Shown: piece after piece, positions 1-11,973 of the stretch
How positions within the stretch are numbered: the first letter of the stretch is position 1
How the letters are laid out: each line of letters begins with the position of its first letter
Made by a program: the position numbers and the translations under genes
Notes under the pieces: generated by a model
The model's input: only the letters and a program-made list of their open reading frames with translations
Told to the model about the DNA's origin: nothing
Database searches by the model: none
NCBI GenBank assembly: GCA_964016885.1
Contig: OZ024746.1
Coordinates: forward strand, 42,222,001 to 42,286,000
Reading direction: 5' to 3'
Length of the DNA stretch: 64,000 bases
From: Eledone cirrhosa
Lineage: Eukaryota

Positions 1-398
1 ATGCGATGGCTGGAGAGAAATGAAGCAAGCATGCTCCGCTGGATGTGCAATGTCAATGTACATGAACGACCAAGCATAGATGAGTTGAGAGAGAAACTGT
101 GTATACAAGAGATAAGTTGTGGTGTGTGGGAGAGAAGATTGAGATTGTATGGACATGTGATGCTCATGGAGGATGACCGCTGGGTAAAGAAGTGCCAAGA
201 AATCCCAGTAGAAGGAAGATGCAGTAGAGGAAGACCACAAAAAACATGGGCGGAGGTGGTGAGAACAGACCTCAGATCGCTGAAGCTCACGGAGGAGATG
301 ACGAAGGACCATGACAAGTGGAGAGATGCTGTGCTGAATAGGACCCGTCCAACCCTTGCAAGCAGGGAAAAGCGGACGTAAAATGATGATGATGATGA
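1..398 (+). mobile_element. RTE-clade LINE, 3' end (C-terminal ORF part plus (ATG)n tail), truncated by the window edge
   Basis: ORF 1..381 has RTE C-terminal motifs (MLRWMC, RRLRLYGHV, VEGRCSRGRPQKTW). It ends cccttgcaagcagggaaaagcggacgtaaaatgatgatgatg, followed by TA-rich sequence. Confidence 0.9.
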
Positions 399-959
399 TA
401 TATATATTTATATGTGTATATATATGTATGTATACATATATATACATAACGTGGCTTGACATACTGTACTGTGCATGACAAAAATGTTGATCAAATCCCA
501 TATTGCACCAAACTGTGCAAGACAAGTTGTTTATGTTTATAATTAAATTAAAGGAAGTTATGAACTCTCTATTGAAAGCGATAAAACTGTTTTCACTTCC
601 TCTATGATATAGAATCACTTACCACAATTTCCATTCACTCCCTGTGTAGCAACTTCTATCACTTTTTCTCAAAGATATTTCTTTTGCTTTGAACTTTTGT
701 ACTGAAATATGGTCATTGTATGGAAAACAATATTTTTGATAATCTAAATGCTGCTTGGGTATTGGAGAAGAATATTGGATTTGGTATAGACTATCAAAGT
801 GATGTTTCCATTTCTTCTGTACATACCAGTGAGTTTTTTTTATTTTGAATCAGACGAATTTTCCAAGTGATATAGATGAATGTTTACCTATAGAATAACC
901 AGACACTGTTGTCATGATCTAGAAGCTTTCACAATATTCCTGGGCCTAGAATAGCTATG

Positions 960-1925
960 AATTTTGATGCAAAGCCCATTGATAATGTTTTTTCAACCTT
1001 TTTCACTACATTTATTTGATATAATCATCCAACAGACTAACTTGTATGTGAAACAGAAAGGAGCAACCAGCTTTGTTCCTATGTTTATTCATGAAATTCA
1101 TGCTTACTTAGCCATACTGTTTCAAATGGGATTAGTTCAGCTTCTAAAGTACAGGTGATACTTGAGCAAGAAACTGGAGCTGAAGCAATCAGAAGTAGTT
1201 GAAATAAAGTCCAGGAATCTGTAACAGTATTTCCACCTGAACGACTGTACACAGAATCCACCATATACCAGTTCATATCATGATAAACACCATAAAGTGA
1301 ACCCAATTTTAGATAATAATAGAATACAATTTACTTTTCACTATGAACCTCACAAACATCTTAGTGTAGATGAGGCTATGATAAAATATATATATAGGTG
1401 TTCCTTTCAAAGCCAACATAGCATACAGCAACAAGAATAGGGAGCACAAGGCCAGACATACATCAAACCCATTGTCATTCAAGAATGAACTAAGAACTAT
1501 AATGGAGCAGATAACAATGATTATCTGTGATACTATTACAGGATCACAAAAAGCAAAAAAATGATGGAAGTACATCTTTTTTCCTTGCAGCAATTGTCAT
1601 CAATGTTAATATTTTGTATTGAAAGGCCCCATAAGGGCCATCTCCAAAACCCATCTCACACTTGGACTTTCATCTGGAAATGACAGATCAACAGTTACAC
1701 GTCCAGTAATAGGAAATCAACAGTTGACGTGACTCCTCATTTGATCAAGATGCCAGCACAACATAAACTGTTACAAATGCAGACCAAAAGAATATGCCAA
1801 AACTGTGTTATGTGTACTAAGGGGCCTGATAGAACCTTAACTAGCAACAAAATCTAAATCACCTGGGAGTGCAACAACTGCCAAGTTGTATTGTGCATGG
1901 AAAAGGGATGTTTTGCAACTAATTT
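960..1925 (+). pseudogene. Degenerate, internally deleted piggyBac (PGBD-like) transposase relic
   Basis: Translated pieces: FFQPFSLHLFDIIIQQTNLYVKQK..EIHAYLAILFQMG (964-1158); YEPHKHLSVDEAMIKY from 1342 (first catalytic Asp motif); C-terminal Cys-rich domain NCVMCTK..TWECNNCQVVLCMEKGCF (1801-1915). Stops and frameshifts lie between them; no TIRs seen. Confidence 0.8.
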
Positions 1926-2159
1926 TTATATATTTACTGTTTTATTTTTGTAATTTAGCTGAAGACGTATATTATGATGATCATGGGCAAAATATGAATT
2001 AACATTGGTAAAATTTATTCAATGTACTGAACTGATCATCAAATTGATAGGAGTCATTGAACTGCATATGAAATTGTGTATTTTGTGTGAAAATGCCTCA
2101 AGCATCCAGCTGAAAATGCTTCAAGCATCCAGCTGTAGAAATCAAGCCAAAATCAGTTC

Positions 2160-2218
2160 CCATCCCACCCTTGCAAGCAGGGAAAAGCGGACGTAAAATG
2201 AAATGATGATGAAATGAT
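2160..2218 (+). mobile_element. Very short 5'-truncated RTE copy (tail only)
   Basis: catcccacccttgcaagcagggaaaagcggacgtaaaatgaaatgatgatg matches the tail at 345-398. Confidence 0.85.
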
Positions 2219-2223
2219 ATATA

Positions 2224-5200
2224 TCATCATCATCATCATTTTACGTCCACTTTTCCCTGCTTGCAAGGATGGGATGGGTCCTATTCAGCACAACATTGTC
2301 ATGGTCCTTCGTCATCTCCACCGTGAGCTTCAGCGATCTGAGGTCTGCTCTCACCACCTCCGCCCATGTTTTAAATGGTCTACCTCTACGTCTTCCTTCA
2401 ACTAGCATTTCCTGGCACTTCTTCACCCATACCATCGCAATCTTGTCTCCCGCACACTACAATTTATCCCCCTCAGACACAGTTTCTTTCTCAACACATC
2501 CATGCTCAGTCGTTCACACACATTGACATTGCACATCCAATGGAGCATGTTTGCCTCAGTTCTCTCCAGCCATCGCATATCCTCTGCAGTTGCTGCCCAT
2601 GTCTCACAACCATGCAGCATCGCGCTTCTCACACAGGCATCATATAACCGGCCTTTCGCATGCAGGGAGAAACCCTTCTTTGTCAACAGAGGAAGCAGCT
2701 CCCTAAACTTCTTCCAACCCGTCCTTATTCTAGATACTATGGCCTCGGAACACCCCACCTCCCATGCTAATCTGATCTCCTAGGTACCAGAAGCTATCAA
2801 CCACTTCTATAGCACCCACCTGCATTTGAAAAATGTGTCTATCAATGCGACTTCTACTGTCAAATTTCCCTGAACATCTACTGCATACGTATTTCTCTTT
2901 ACCTGTTAGTTTTCCTGCTATCCCACTACATCTCTTGTGTACCCAAGATCTGCATTGTGTGCATTTTATAGAATTTATGCCAGTTCCTTTTCTGTATATC
3001 AAACATGGCCATTTCCTTGACGGAATCAGAGTTTTATTCTCTTTTCTACTCATCAACACTTTTGTCTTAGCTAGGTTCACTTTCAGTCCTCTTGATTCCA
3101 ACTGCTGTTTCCATAGCCAGAATTTATTCACAAGCTCCTCTACTGATTCTGCTATAAGAACCAGATCATCAGCATAGAGAAGTTCCCATGGACAGCCAGT
3201 CTTAAACTCCTCTGGAGGCTTGGAGGACTATAATGAACAAGAGTGGGCTGAGGACCAAACCCTGATGTACTCCTACTTATATCTGGTATTCCTCACTAAA
3301 CTCCATTCCTACCCTCACTTTACTGACAGCACCTCTGTACAAAGTTTGCACTGTCCTCACAAGCCATTCCTCAACACCTAGTTTCCTTAGGGACCACCAA
3401 ATGACAGATCAGGGAACCCTATCAAAGGCCTTCTCTAGGTCAACAAAAGCTAAGTATAGTGGCTTATTCTTCTGTAAGAACCTCTCTTGTAATTGTCTCA
3501 CCAAGAAGAGGGCATCTGTTATACTTTTCCCAGGCACAAAACCAAACTGCATCTCATCTAATCTGACCCTTTCTCTAATTAGTTGTGCTAATATTTCTTT
3601 CTGCCACTTTCATAACATGGTCCATCAGTTTTATACCCCTTTAATTGCTCCTCTCCAGAGCATCCCCTTTACCTTTGTAGAAATTTATGAGAATACTGCT
3701 GCACCAGTCTTTGGGTATGACACCGCCATATATAGCTTGATTGATGATGCGTGCAACCAGTTTAGTGCGCCTATGTCCCCTGATGCCTTCAGCATCTCAG
3801 CAACTATCCCTGACGGTCCAGCGGCCTTACCATTTTTCATTTCCCTAACCACCTCTTGGACCCTATATTCGTCAATCTCAATAGCTGATCCCTCTGTCGG
3901 ATCTACTGAGGGTAATTTCTCTCTCTCTGATTCGTTCTCCACATTCATCAGTCTCTCATAATGACATTTGCAAGCCTCCTTTTTCTGATCATTCGTGACA
4001 CTAAGTACACTGGCATAATTCCAGACACACTTATCTCCAACAACATCCTGATTTGCATTGACACACTGCCTTGCAACGCAGAACATTGGCAAACCTCCTA
4101 CTCTCAGCCTCCCTGTGTGCTAAGTACACCTGACGTCTAGCTTCTCTCTTGGTGCTTGTATATCCTTCTCTACTCCCACCCTTTTTCCAAGCCTTCCATG
4201 CTAGTCTTTTGTCTCTAATGGCCCTATCTACCATGCTGTTCCACCACCAGGTCACTCTCTGTCTGGTTGGAGCCCTGCTCCAGCCACAAGTTTCATCAGT
4301 AGTCTGTAGTAAGTTGTCACGTAAGAAATTCCAGTCAGCATCTATGTCATACGACTCTAAATCATTTTCTTTTTCATGATACACATCTTGAAGGGCTTTC
4401 CTAAATTTGTATTTTAGTGAAAGGTCTTTTAGCTTCCAGACCTTTCTTCTCCACACCTTCCTGTATGTCTCATTCTGTCTCTTGCTTACTGAGATATAAC
4501 GACTAACCTATGCTGTGGGGTACATTCTTCCCCAGGGTATGCCTTGGTATTAGACACTATCTGCCTGTCCCGCTGCCTAACTAGTAAGAAGTCAATCTGG
4601 CTTATGTGCTCGCCTGATTTGTAGGTTATTAGGTGGTTGGCAGGTTTCTGGAAGTTATTGTTGCAAATGGTTAGTGTACATGCATCACAAAATTCAAGAA
4701 GTCTCACTCCTTCTTCATTTCTTGAACTGTAACCGTGCCCACCATGTACCCCAGTGTAACCATCCTGAAGTGTCCAACATGACCATTGAAGTCTCCTGCT
4801 AGCATAACGATGTCTCCATCCTCTGTCATTGCGGCTGTTTGTAAAAGTTGCTCGTAAAAGCAGTCTTTCTCTTCCTTACCTAGGCCTGCCTGAGGAGCAT
4901 AGGCAGAGATGATTGTCAGTAGTCTCCTGCCTACAACTAATCTAAGCTTAATTATTCTATTAACTCAAACTACCTCTATTGTCTTATCGATCCATCTCTC
5001 AACCAGGAAAATGCTAACTCCCCATAACCCATCATCCTTACCTACCCAGAAAAGATTATAGCTAAGAAGTTTGCCTGCGATTAGTCTCGCAGAGGCACCT
5101 CTCCATCTTACCTCATGCACGCAGCACACATCCAAATCCCTTCTCTCCAGCATCTCCACTATTTCACCAGATCTACCTGTGTTGCAACTCTGAGCTGCAA

Positions 5201-5310
5201 CGTCTTCATATTCTTGTTCCTTTTCCTGTAATGCGATTGCTTGAAGACGGTCGGGGGGTTCTCGCACATGGCCGCACCAGCCACCCCACTACCGTGTGCA
5301 GCCCTAACAT
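2224..5310 (-). mobile_element. Near full-length RTE-clade LINE (APE endonuclease plus reverse transcriptase), inactivated by frameshifts and stops
   Basis: Minus-strand ORF pieces occur in the expected order: LRVAT/TGRSGEIVEMLERRDLDVCCVHEVRWRG (APE start), TYKSGEHISQIDFLLV..QHRLVV (APE end), TWWWN, MKNGKAAGPSGI, LLYADDLVL at about 3150-3185 (RT active site), GLKVNLAKTK, AMLHGCETW, VEGRRRGRPFKTW. (ATG)n tail at 2224-2240. Confidence 0.95.
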
Positions 5311-5399
5311 GGTTAGTGTTGTTTAGTGTTATTGCTGTTTACACAGTTATTGCGATATATACTTGTTGTTGTGCTCATAATTGTTTTGGCATTAATACA

Positions 5400-5480
5400 C
5401 TGGTTGGATGCCCTTCCTAACACCAGTGCCACTTTACAGCATGGACTGGGTGCTTTTATTCATGCCACCAGCACTAGAGA
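5400..5480 (-). mobile_element. Fragment of the RTE-tailed non-autonomous repeat (aaaagcacccag..tgtaaagtgg module)
   Basis: Reverse complement of the module seen at 7440-7725, 23000-23170 and 45370-45520. Confidence 0.6.
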
Positions 5481-5699
5481 GGATGTCTTACTGGACTCAT
5501 GGGCCCTCTCTACCCTTCCATTTTACAGAATGTTCATAACAATAATAACAATAAAAAATAACACTACTAATAATTATTAATGCAATCGTGCAATGCCTGT
5601 GAATGAAGAATAATTTTAAAGTGAGGAAAGACTGTGCATTAAGCCGATCCCACTCTCTGAGCGACAGTAGCTATAACCTGAAAAGAAGAAAAGATCAAT

Positions 5700-5862
5700 A
5701 TCATCGGTAACTACTGAGCCGCAGGTTTTATGTCGGAGTTAACCCAGTTTCCTGAGATGCCTTCTCCTAGAAGAATGCCTGACAAGGGCTAGGGGTCCTT
5801 CACTCCCAGGGGTTTAACTGCACGATCGGGTATCCAGCCCGATTATATCTATGTTTCCGCGC
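5700..5862 (-). mobile_element. Putative RTE-type 5'UTR fragment
   Basis: GC-richer island; the minus strand reads ..cctagcccttgtcaggcattcttctaggagaagg..aaacct, resembling a motif I recall from RTE 5' regions (from memory, not searched). Confidence 0.35.
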
Positions 5863-5904
5863 AAAAAAAAAAAAAAATAATAATCACTTATTGACACTCA
5901 TACG

Positions 5905-6125
5905 TACGACACACACACACCAACACTCATACATACAAACACACACACACCACTCACACACACACCACTCACACACACACACACTCACTCACATACCAAC
6001 ACTCATGCATACAAACACACACGCCACTCACACACACACACTACACACACACACTCACTTACACACCAACACTCATACATACAAACACACACACGCCACT
6101 CACACACACACACACATATACATAT
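5905..6125. repeat. Degenerate (CA)n microsatellite
   Basis: Interrupted cacacac tract. Confidence 0.9.
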
Positions 6126-6469
6126 ATTGCCGTCATTACTGATACAAGATCATGTCAACTGTTGACTTTCAAAAGAGTTTGTATAATTGAAGCCGTGTGT
6201 TACTGTTCAGTATTATTATAATAACTGTTTTACAGCATAGAGCTACGACCCTCCATGCTCCGGGACAAATCCCGTCGAGGTCAACCCTGTCCTTTATATA
6301 TATATATATATATATAATCATCATCATCATCATCACTGTCTCATGTCTTATTTTATATGCTTGCATGGGTCAGACAGCATATATATATATAATTTATTTA
6401 TATTCATACTTGATTGAGCACTGTTTTCCTTTATCTTTTTTCACATCCACCGATATTTACCACACACAC

Positions 6470-6493
6470 AAATATATATATATATATATATTC

Positions 6494-6574
<81 letters not shown>

Positions 6575-6595
6575 TATATATATATTTATATATGA
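6470..6595. repeat. (TA)n microsatellite
   Basis: Long pure TA run. Confidence 0.95.
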
Positions 6596-7129
6596 ATAGC
6601 CTATAAGAAATTCTGCATATATTTAGCTACCAAACATTTTATGGAAAATTAAACTTAGATTTTATGATAAATAAACTCCGTTCTTCACTTGATTTATTTT
6701 TTCTCCAATTGTTTTATAGCAGTGATCTTGTTCCTCCTATGGAGCCAGATAAATACACAAATAAATAAAGAGACAAAATATAGAAAAGTTTGTTGATGCT
6801 GGTTTATGTTTAGGTGTTTAACAAACTCAGCTACACAAAATAGAAATGTTGACATACAAATAAATAAAACTTCTCTTAAATTATTCAGATATCTCTTGGC
6901 AAAATTGTGATCTTTATGTGAGTGTCTGACTCTGAAGTTAAATAAATACAAAATAGTAAAATCTGGAAACTGAAATAACTGGTTGTGGACTACATCAACA
7001 AAAATTTAATCCACAAAGAATTCATTGAATAGTTTAGTGAGTTGATTTATTATGAGGAATGAAAAATTCTAGCTTTTTAGACACTTTTCCTTCTTTGGAG
7101 AGGGTGAGCATAGAAACCCTGTTCCTGTT

Positions 7130-7842
7130 ATCTCTCTTCTTCTTACAGTGTAGGAAGACTTGGGATGGGGTGATAAAAGCTGATTTTGCACAATCACACC
7201 TCTTGAAGGCAATGACACAGGATGGAGATCTCTGGCATAATACAGAAGACTCACTTCCCCATGTGCACAGGTTGAAGCATGCATCTTATATACACTACCT
7301 TCTCCCTCCCCTTCATGCTCTAACAACCCTCCCCATCCACGTCCTTCCCCCTTGCACCCCCCATGTCCTTACTATCCAACCATACCTGAACACCCCACCC
7401 CCTCACGCACAACCCTAGATTTACCCCACTCCAATCCAAGCCCCCAGCCCACACTGTAATGTGGTCACATTGGCAACACAATAAAAAGTGCCCAGCCCTC
7501 ACTGTAAAGTGGTCATATAGGTAAAATGACAAAAACATGCCCAACCCACACTGTAAAGTTGTTGTGTAGGTAGGTTTCATGACAAAATGTGCCTAGCCCA
7601 CACAGTAAAGTACTCGTGTAGGTGACATGATAAAAAGCACCCAGCACACACTATTGTCATGTAGGCATCATAACAAAAAGCACACTCTATAAATGTGGTT
7701 GGTGTTAAGAATTGCATCCAGCCATAGGAACCAAGCCAAAACCAGTTCTGTATGAGCAAGATATGGTCATTGGACCTGGCTTGTCTCACAATGGGGCAAC
7801 TTGTCTAACCCAAGGAAAAATGGATGTTAAAGGATGATGATG

Positions 7843-7845
<3 letters not shown>
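7130..7845 (+). mobile_element. Old RTE 3' ORF fragment, C-rich spacer, tandem ~50-bp modules and RTE-type tail
   Basis: RKTWDGVIKAD..MTQDGDLW at about 7150-7240; about 5-6 copies of aaaagcacccagcccacactgtaaagtggt at 7440-7700; tail aaaatggatgttaaaggatgatgatga followed by (TA)n. Confidence 0.7.
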
Positions 7846-7873
<28 letters not shown>

Positions 7874-8084
7874 CACACATATAGTGTTGGCACAGCAGTA
7901 AAATTGTTATATTATTTGACTGGCTAGTAAAATAGACCAATCACAGCATATTCTACTTGTTTCTCCTTATTATAATTCCTTGTTTTACTATATAAAACCC
8001 AGAGTCTTGGAGCCATGTTGGATACTAATAAAGATTCCTAGCAATGTATTTCTGACTTATCAAATTATTTCAAATATGTATGCA

Positions 8085-8250
8085 ATACACTCTGTAAAGG
8101 GGTTGGCATTAAGAAGGGTATCCAGCTCATGAAATCATACCCAAACTGGAATGGATGTCCCTCAGACCATCTAGAATGACAATTGTTGCAACTCTCCAAA
8201 CCCATACTCACACAAAAGTGAATGTAAAAGATGATGATGATGATGATATA
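8085..8250 (+). mobile_element. RTE-tailed non-autonomous repeat fragment
   Basis: acactctgtaaaggggttggcattaagaagggtatccagc ... gtaaaagatgatgatgatgatga. Confidence 0.65.
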
Positions 8251-10439
8251 TGTGGATGGGTATATGTGAGGTTGATGGGAGTGTGTATGTGTGAATGTAT
8301 ATATTTATATATTTGTATATATGTATGTACTTAGGTTCGTATGTTTATAAATTGAAATGAATCTAGATAATGAAAACATTTTTTTTACTTCTCAAAATAA
8401 ATTTTTGAATTTGGTTTTATTGCAGTTATATTATAAAACTGATATCAAATGGTCTGTTCAGATGGCACTATCTTTTAGAAAATTTCTAATTCTTCCATTC
8501 ATGGCAACAAATGTTATTAATGACATTGAAACCAATAAATTTGATCCCATTGAAATAAATATAAATTTCTTTGTGCATAGGGAAATGGGACACATCAATC
8601 GCTATGTGACATTAAATTGATCATTACAAAAATATAGGTGATTGTGATTATTATTGTTGTTGTTGTTGTTGCTAGACAGGCATTATTGAGCTCTATAATT
8701 TTTTCATTAAAAAATCTGGTAAGTTAGATCTAAATTTTATTTAATTTCTTTTATATTATATTTTGAAGTTCAGGTGTCAGGGAAAATAAAAGGGATAGAC
8801 ATACTTTTTATTCTTTTTCATAATCTTCCCTCTGTAAAAGAAAGGTAAAATCTTTAATTTTGATGGCTGTCATTGACTAACACACAATAGATTGGCAGAT
8901 CTAGCTGTGACCATCCCTGTTAGGTTAGAGGAATTTACACAAAATGGATTTTAAATGAGAATTCTAGATTTTTGTAATGTACTTACAAACTTTGTGAAAT
9001 ACTTGACAATAATTATTCAACATAAGCACTGCATAATTTTGCTGCTCTCACAACATCTCTCACACACCCATAATTGCCATGCCTAATTTGTCATTGATGG
9101 GTGGTGTTTTTTTAATATACAGTCCTTTAGGAAATAGCATTTGAAAAGAAAAACATGTTTGTTGAATAGTACAGGAATGTTACAGTTAAGCGATATTAAG
9201 TAGTTAATAACAAATAGTGAATTCAATAACAATAATAGTATGTTAATAATAGAAATAGTGTAAGATAAGTTTAATTGGAAATGTTAGAAATAAAAAGGAA
9301 ACTATAAAAAAGGAACATCTTTCATTTGGTATTGTATGGATAGAAAATGGAGCGAAAATGATTAGTTTTCAATGTGAGCACTTTTGATTATATTAGCATT
9401 TTAATGATGAGTGTAAGATGAAATTCTATAGTGAACAATGAATAGAATGACCAATATATGTTTTTCATTCACTTTCACACAAAAAAGATTCTACATGGAC
9501 AAAATGCAATTAGCAATTAGAAAATGAGTAATAAAAGATGACAATAATTAGAAACTTTGGGTAAGAAAGGTCATTAAATAATTTCATGTTTGTTTGAAAT
9601 TAATCCCTTATCATTGACTTTGTTGGAATGCAAACCTACAATTTTCTGATAATTTATGAAAATTCTTTCAATGAGACATATTATACTCTGACATTAATCA
9701 TTAACAAGCTAGCAGTCTTGCTGCATGTTTTTATTGCAGCTCCACCCATAGCACTTCAAATAAAACGCTACTACATTTTTTATGAATCTAGCATAATATT
9801 TTTATTTTATTTTATTTATTTATTTAATTATTTATTACTTTTATTTGCTAATATACATTTAAACAAATATCAGGAATTTAAGAAAGAGGCAAAAAAATAA
9901 ATAAATAAAGGAAAATTATAGAATTTTTATGCTACTAATTTTCCATTAATTCTTTTTTCTAAAGAGGTATTAATTTATAATTTAAATTCCTGTTTGATTA
10001 TGTTCAAAATAAATTGAAACTTGACTATTAAAAGTTAATAAAATGCTTGATTGCACGTATTCTGTTAGGATAAAATATTTGGAAATCCTATCTTTATTTT
10101 ACCAGTTACTGTAAGAAAAACACAAAGAAATGATAGTGTCTAAAGAAAGGATGGTGTCTAAAAATTATCAAACCTTTTACTTGTGGAGCACTTAAGAGCA
10201 GATAGCAAATATGACATTTTGATGCGTTATGTATTAAAAATGGATAAAAAAATCTTTTAGCCAATAAGTATAAATATTTTAAACTACAGAAACCTATTAA
10301 GTACTTCTTCATACCCTACATGAAGCATAGGTTTATCAAGACTTTGTATTTAGAATTTCAGTTTGTATGTTTTATATTTTTATAAGTTACAATAATTTGA
10401 TCCGTAATTTTAACTCCTGATGATGATGTCTTACACTGT

Positions 10440-10930
10440 CTTTGACTGCCCATTTTTAACCCCCAAAAAGAATATATCCACATATATGATAGAGTAGGGA
10501 TTAACATACACTAAAAGTTATACTAACACACCAAAATACCAACAGAAACGATGTAGTACAGACATGCACCAGAGAAGTTATCAGAGAATAACAAAGCAAC
10601 CAGAGACAGGGTAATCAAAGCCAACTCATCAGATATTGTAGTTAAACATCACACAAGAAAATAAATGCCTTCTAATTGACGTATGAATCCTTGGAGATGA
10701 CAATATGTCTATCAAGAAATTATCCAAATATAAAAATCTGGAAATGGAAACAACCTGAATGTGGATGATTAAAATAGAGACAATCTCTATAATAATAGGT
10801 CTACTGGGAGTGATAAAAATACATTCAGACAGATACATAACAAAAAACTCTGGACTTACAAATATTACTGCAGAGAGAAAATAGCACTACTAGGCACTAC
10901 ACATATTACAAAGAGTATTCTCAATAAAAT
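10440..10930 (+). mobile_element. R4/Dong-like (RLE-type) LINE C-terminal fragment, degenerate
   Basis: Translates to YDRVGINIH..HAPEKLSEN..DRVIKANSSDIVV..KYKNLEME..IIIGLLG..IALLGTTHI, the layout of the PD-(D/E)xK restriction-like endonuclease region. Confidence 0.7.
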
Positions 10931-11029
10931 AGAAATAAGACCAAACACAACACAACACATGGCATACAGATCTCTGCTTGGTAATGCAGTAACAATTTGC
11001 AATAAAAATAAGATTGCTAATAATAATAA

Positions 11030-11243
11030 TGTCTACTGTAGGCAGAAGGCCAGCAATTCAAAAAGGAGAGGAACGTTGATTAAATCGACTCTAGTGCATT
11101 ACTGGTACTTTATTTTATCGATCACATAAGGATGAAAGGCAAAGCTAACCTCAGCTGGATTTGAACTCAGAACATAAAGGGCCATAACTCAATAACACAA
11201 AGCATGTTGTCTGACACTCTATCGATACTGTCAATCCCCCACT
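11030..11243 (-). mobile_element. tRNA-derived SINE (family S1)
   Basis: Minus strand has a B box gagttcaaatcc, core ctttgcctttcatccttatgtgatcgataaaataaagtaccag and an (ATT)n tail. Confidence 0.8.
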
Positions 11244-11310
11244 CTAACAATAATTATAACAACAGCAATAATAATAATAATAACAATAATAATAATAATT
11301 ATTATTATTA

Positions 11311-11486
11311 TTTCTACTTTTGGCGCAAGGTCAGCAATTATCCCAGTGCATTACTGGTACTTTATTTTAGCAACCCTGTAAGGATGAAAGGCAAAGTTAA
11401 CCTCGGCAGGATTTGAAGTCAGACCATAAAGGGCCATGACTCTTTGCTGCAAAGCATGACATCTGACACTCTACCGATACTGCCAA
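11311..11486 (-). mobile_element. tRNA-derived SINE (family S1)
   Basis: Same head (tggcagtatcgg A box), core and tail, adjoining an (AAT)n/(ATT)n tract at 11245-11310. Confidence 0.8.
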
Positions 11487-11489
11487 GTA

Positions 11490-11810
11490 GTAGTAGATGT
11501 AGCTTGCCCCTTTGACACAAGAGTACCAGAAAAAAAGGAGAAAAATTGACCAGTACCAGGATCTAAAGTGGGAACTGAAAAGAATTTGGGACTGTCATGA
11601 TATGAAGACAACAAATTCATGGGCTGTGTCTCCCATGTGCTATGGGGCAGGAGTTATTAAATTGAGAAAAAATGGAATGGAAAGTATTGATAAGAAAGCT
11701 AGGAAATTGATGACAGTGCATAAAGAATTCCACATGAAGAGTGATGTTGCAAGACTTTATGCTGGAAGAAAGAAATGAGTTGAAGGACTAATAAGTTGTG
11801 AAAATTGTGG
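11490..11810 (+). mobile_element. R4/Dong-like LINE fragments, rearranged
   Basis: VDVACPFDT..KIDQYQDLKWELKRIW (RLE region) is joined to NSWAV..YGAGVI..IDKKARKLMT..HMKSDVARLY..GLIS (post-RT region). Confidence 0.7.
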
Positions 11811-11827
11811 CAGTGGATATAATATAA

Positions 11828-11973
11828 TTGTTTCTACTTTAGGCACAAGGCCCCGTAAGGATGAAAGGCAAAGTCAACCTTGGCAGGATTTGAACTCAGA
11901 TCGTAAAGGGACGTAACTATGCTGGAAAGCATGGCGTCCGACCCTCTACCGATACTGCCAATCCACTGCCATT
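11828..11973 (-). mobile_element. tRNA-derived SINE (family S1), internally deleted, with 16-bp TSD
   Basis: Flanked by agtggatataatataa at 11812-11827 and 11974-11989. Confidence 0.85.

Noticed and set aside
3401-3961. 186-aa plus-strand ORF
   Set aside because: It is the antisense shadow of the RTE RT region; the same applies to ORFs 55403-55926 and 57865-58444.
2224-5310. Active LINE or prokaryote-type RT system (retron, DGR, group II intron)
   Set aside because: APE plus RT architecture with an (ATG)n tail is standard RTE, and the ORF is broken into at least eight pieces.
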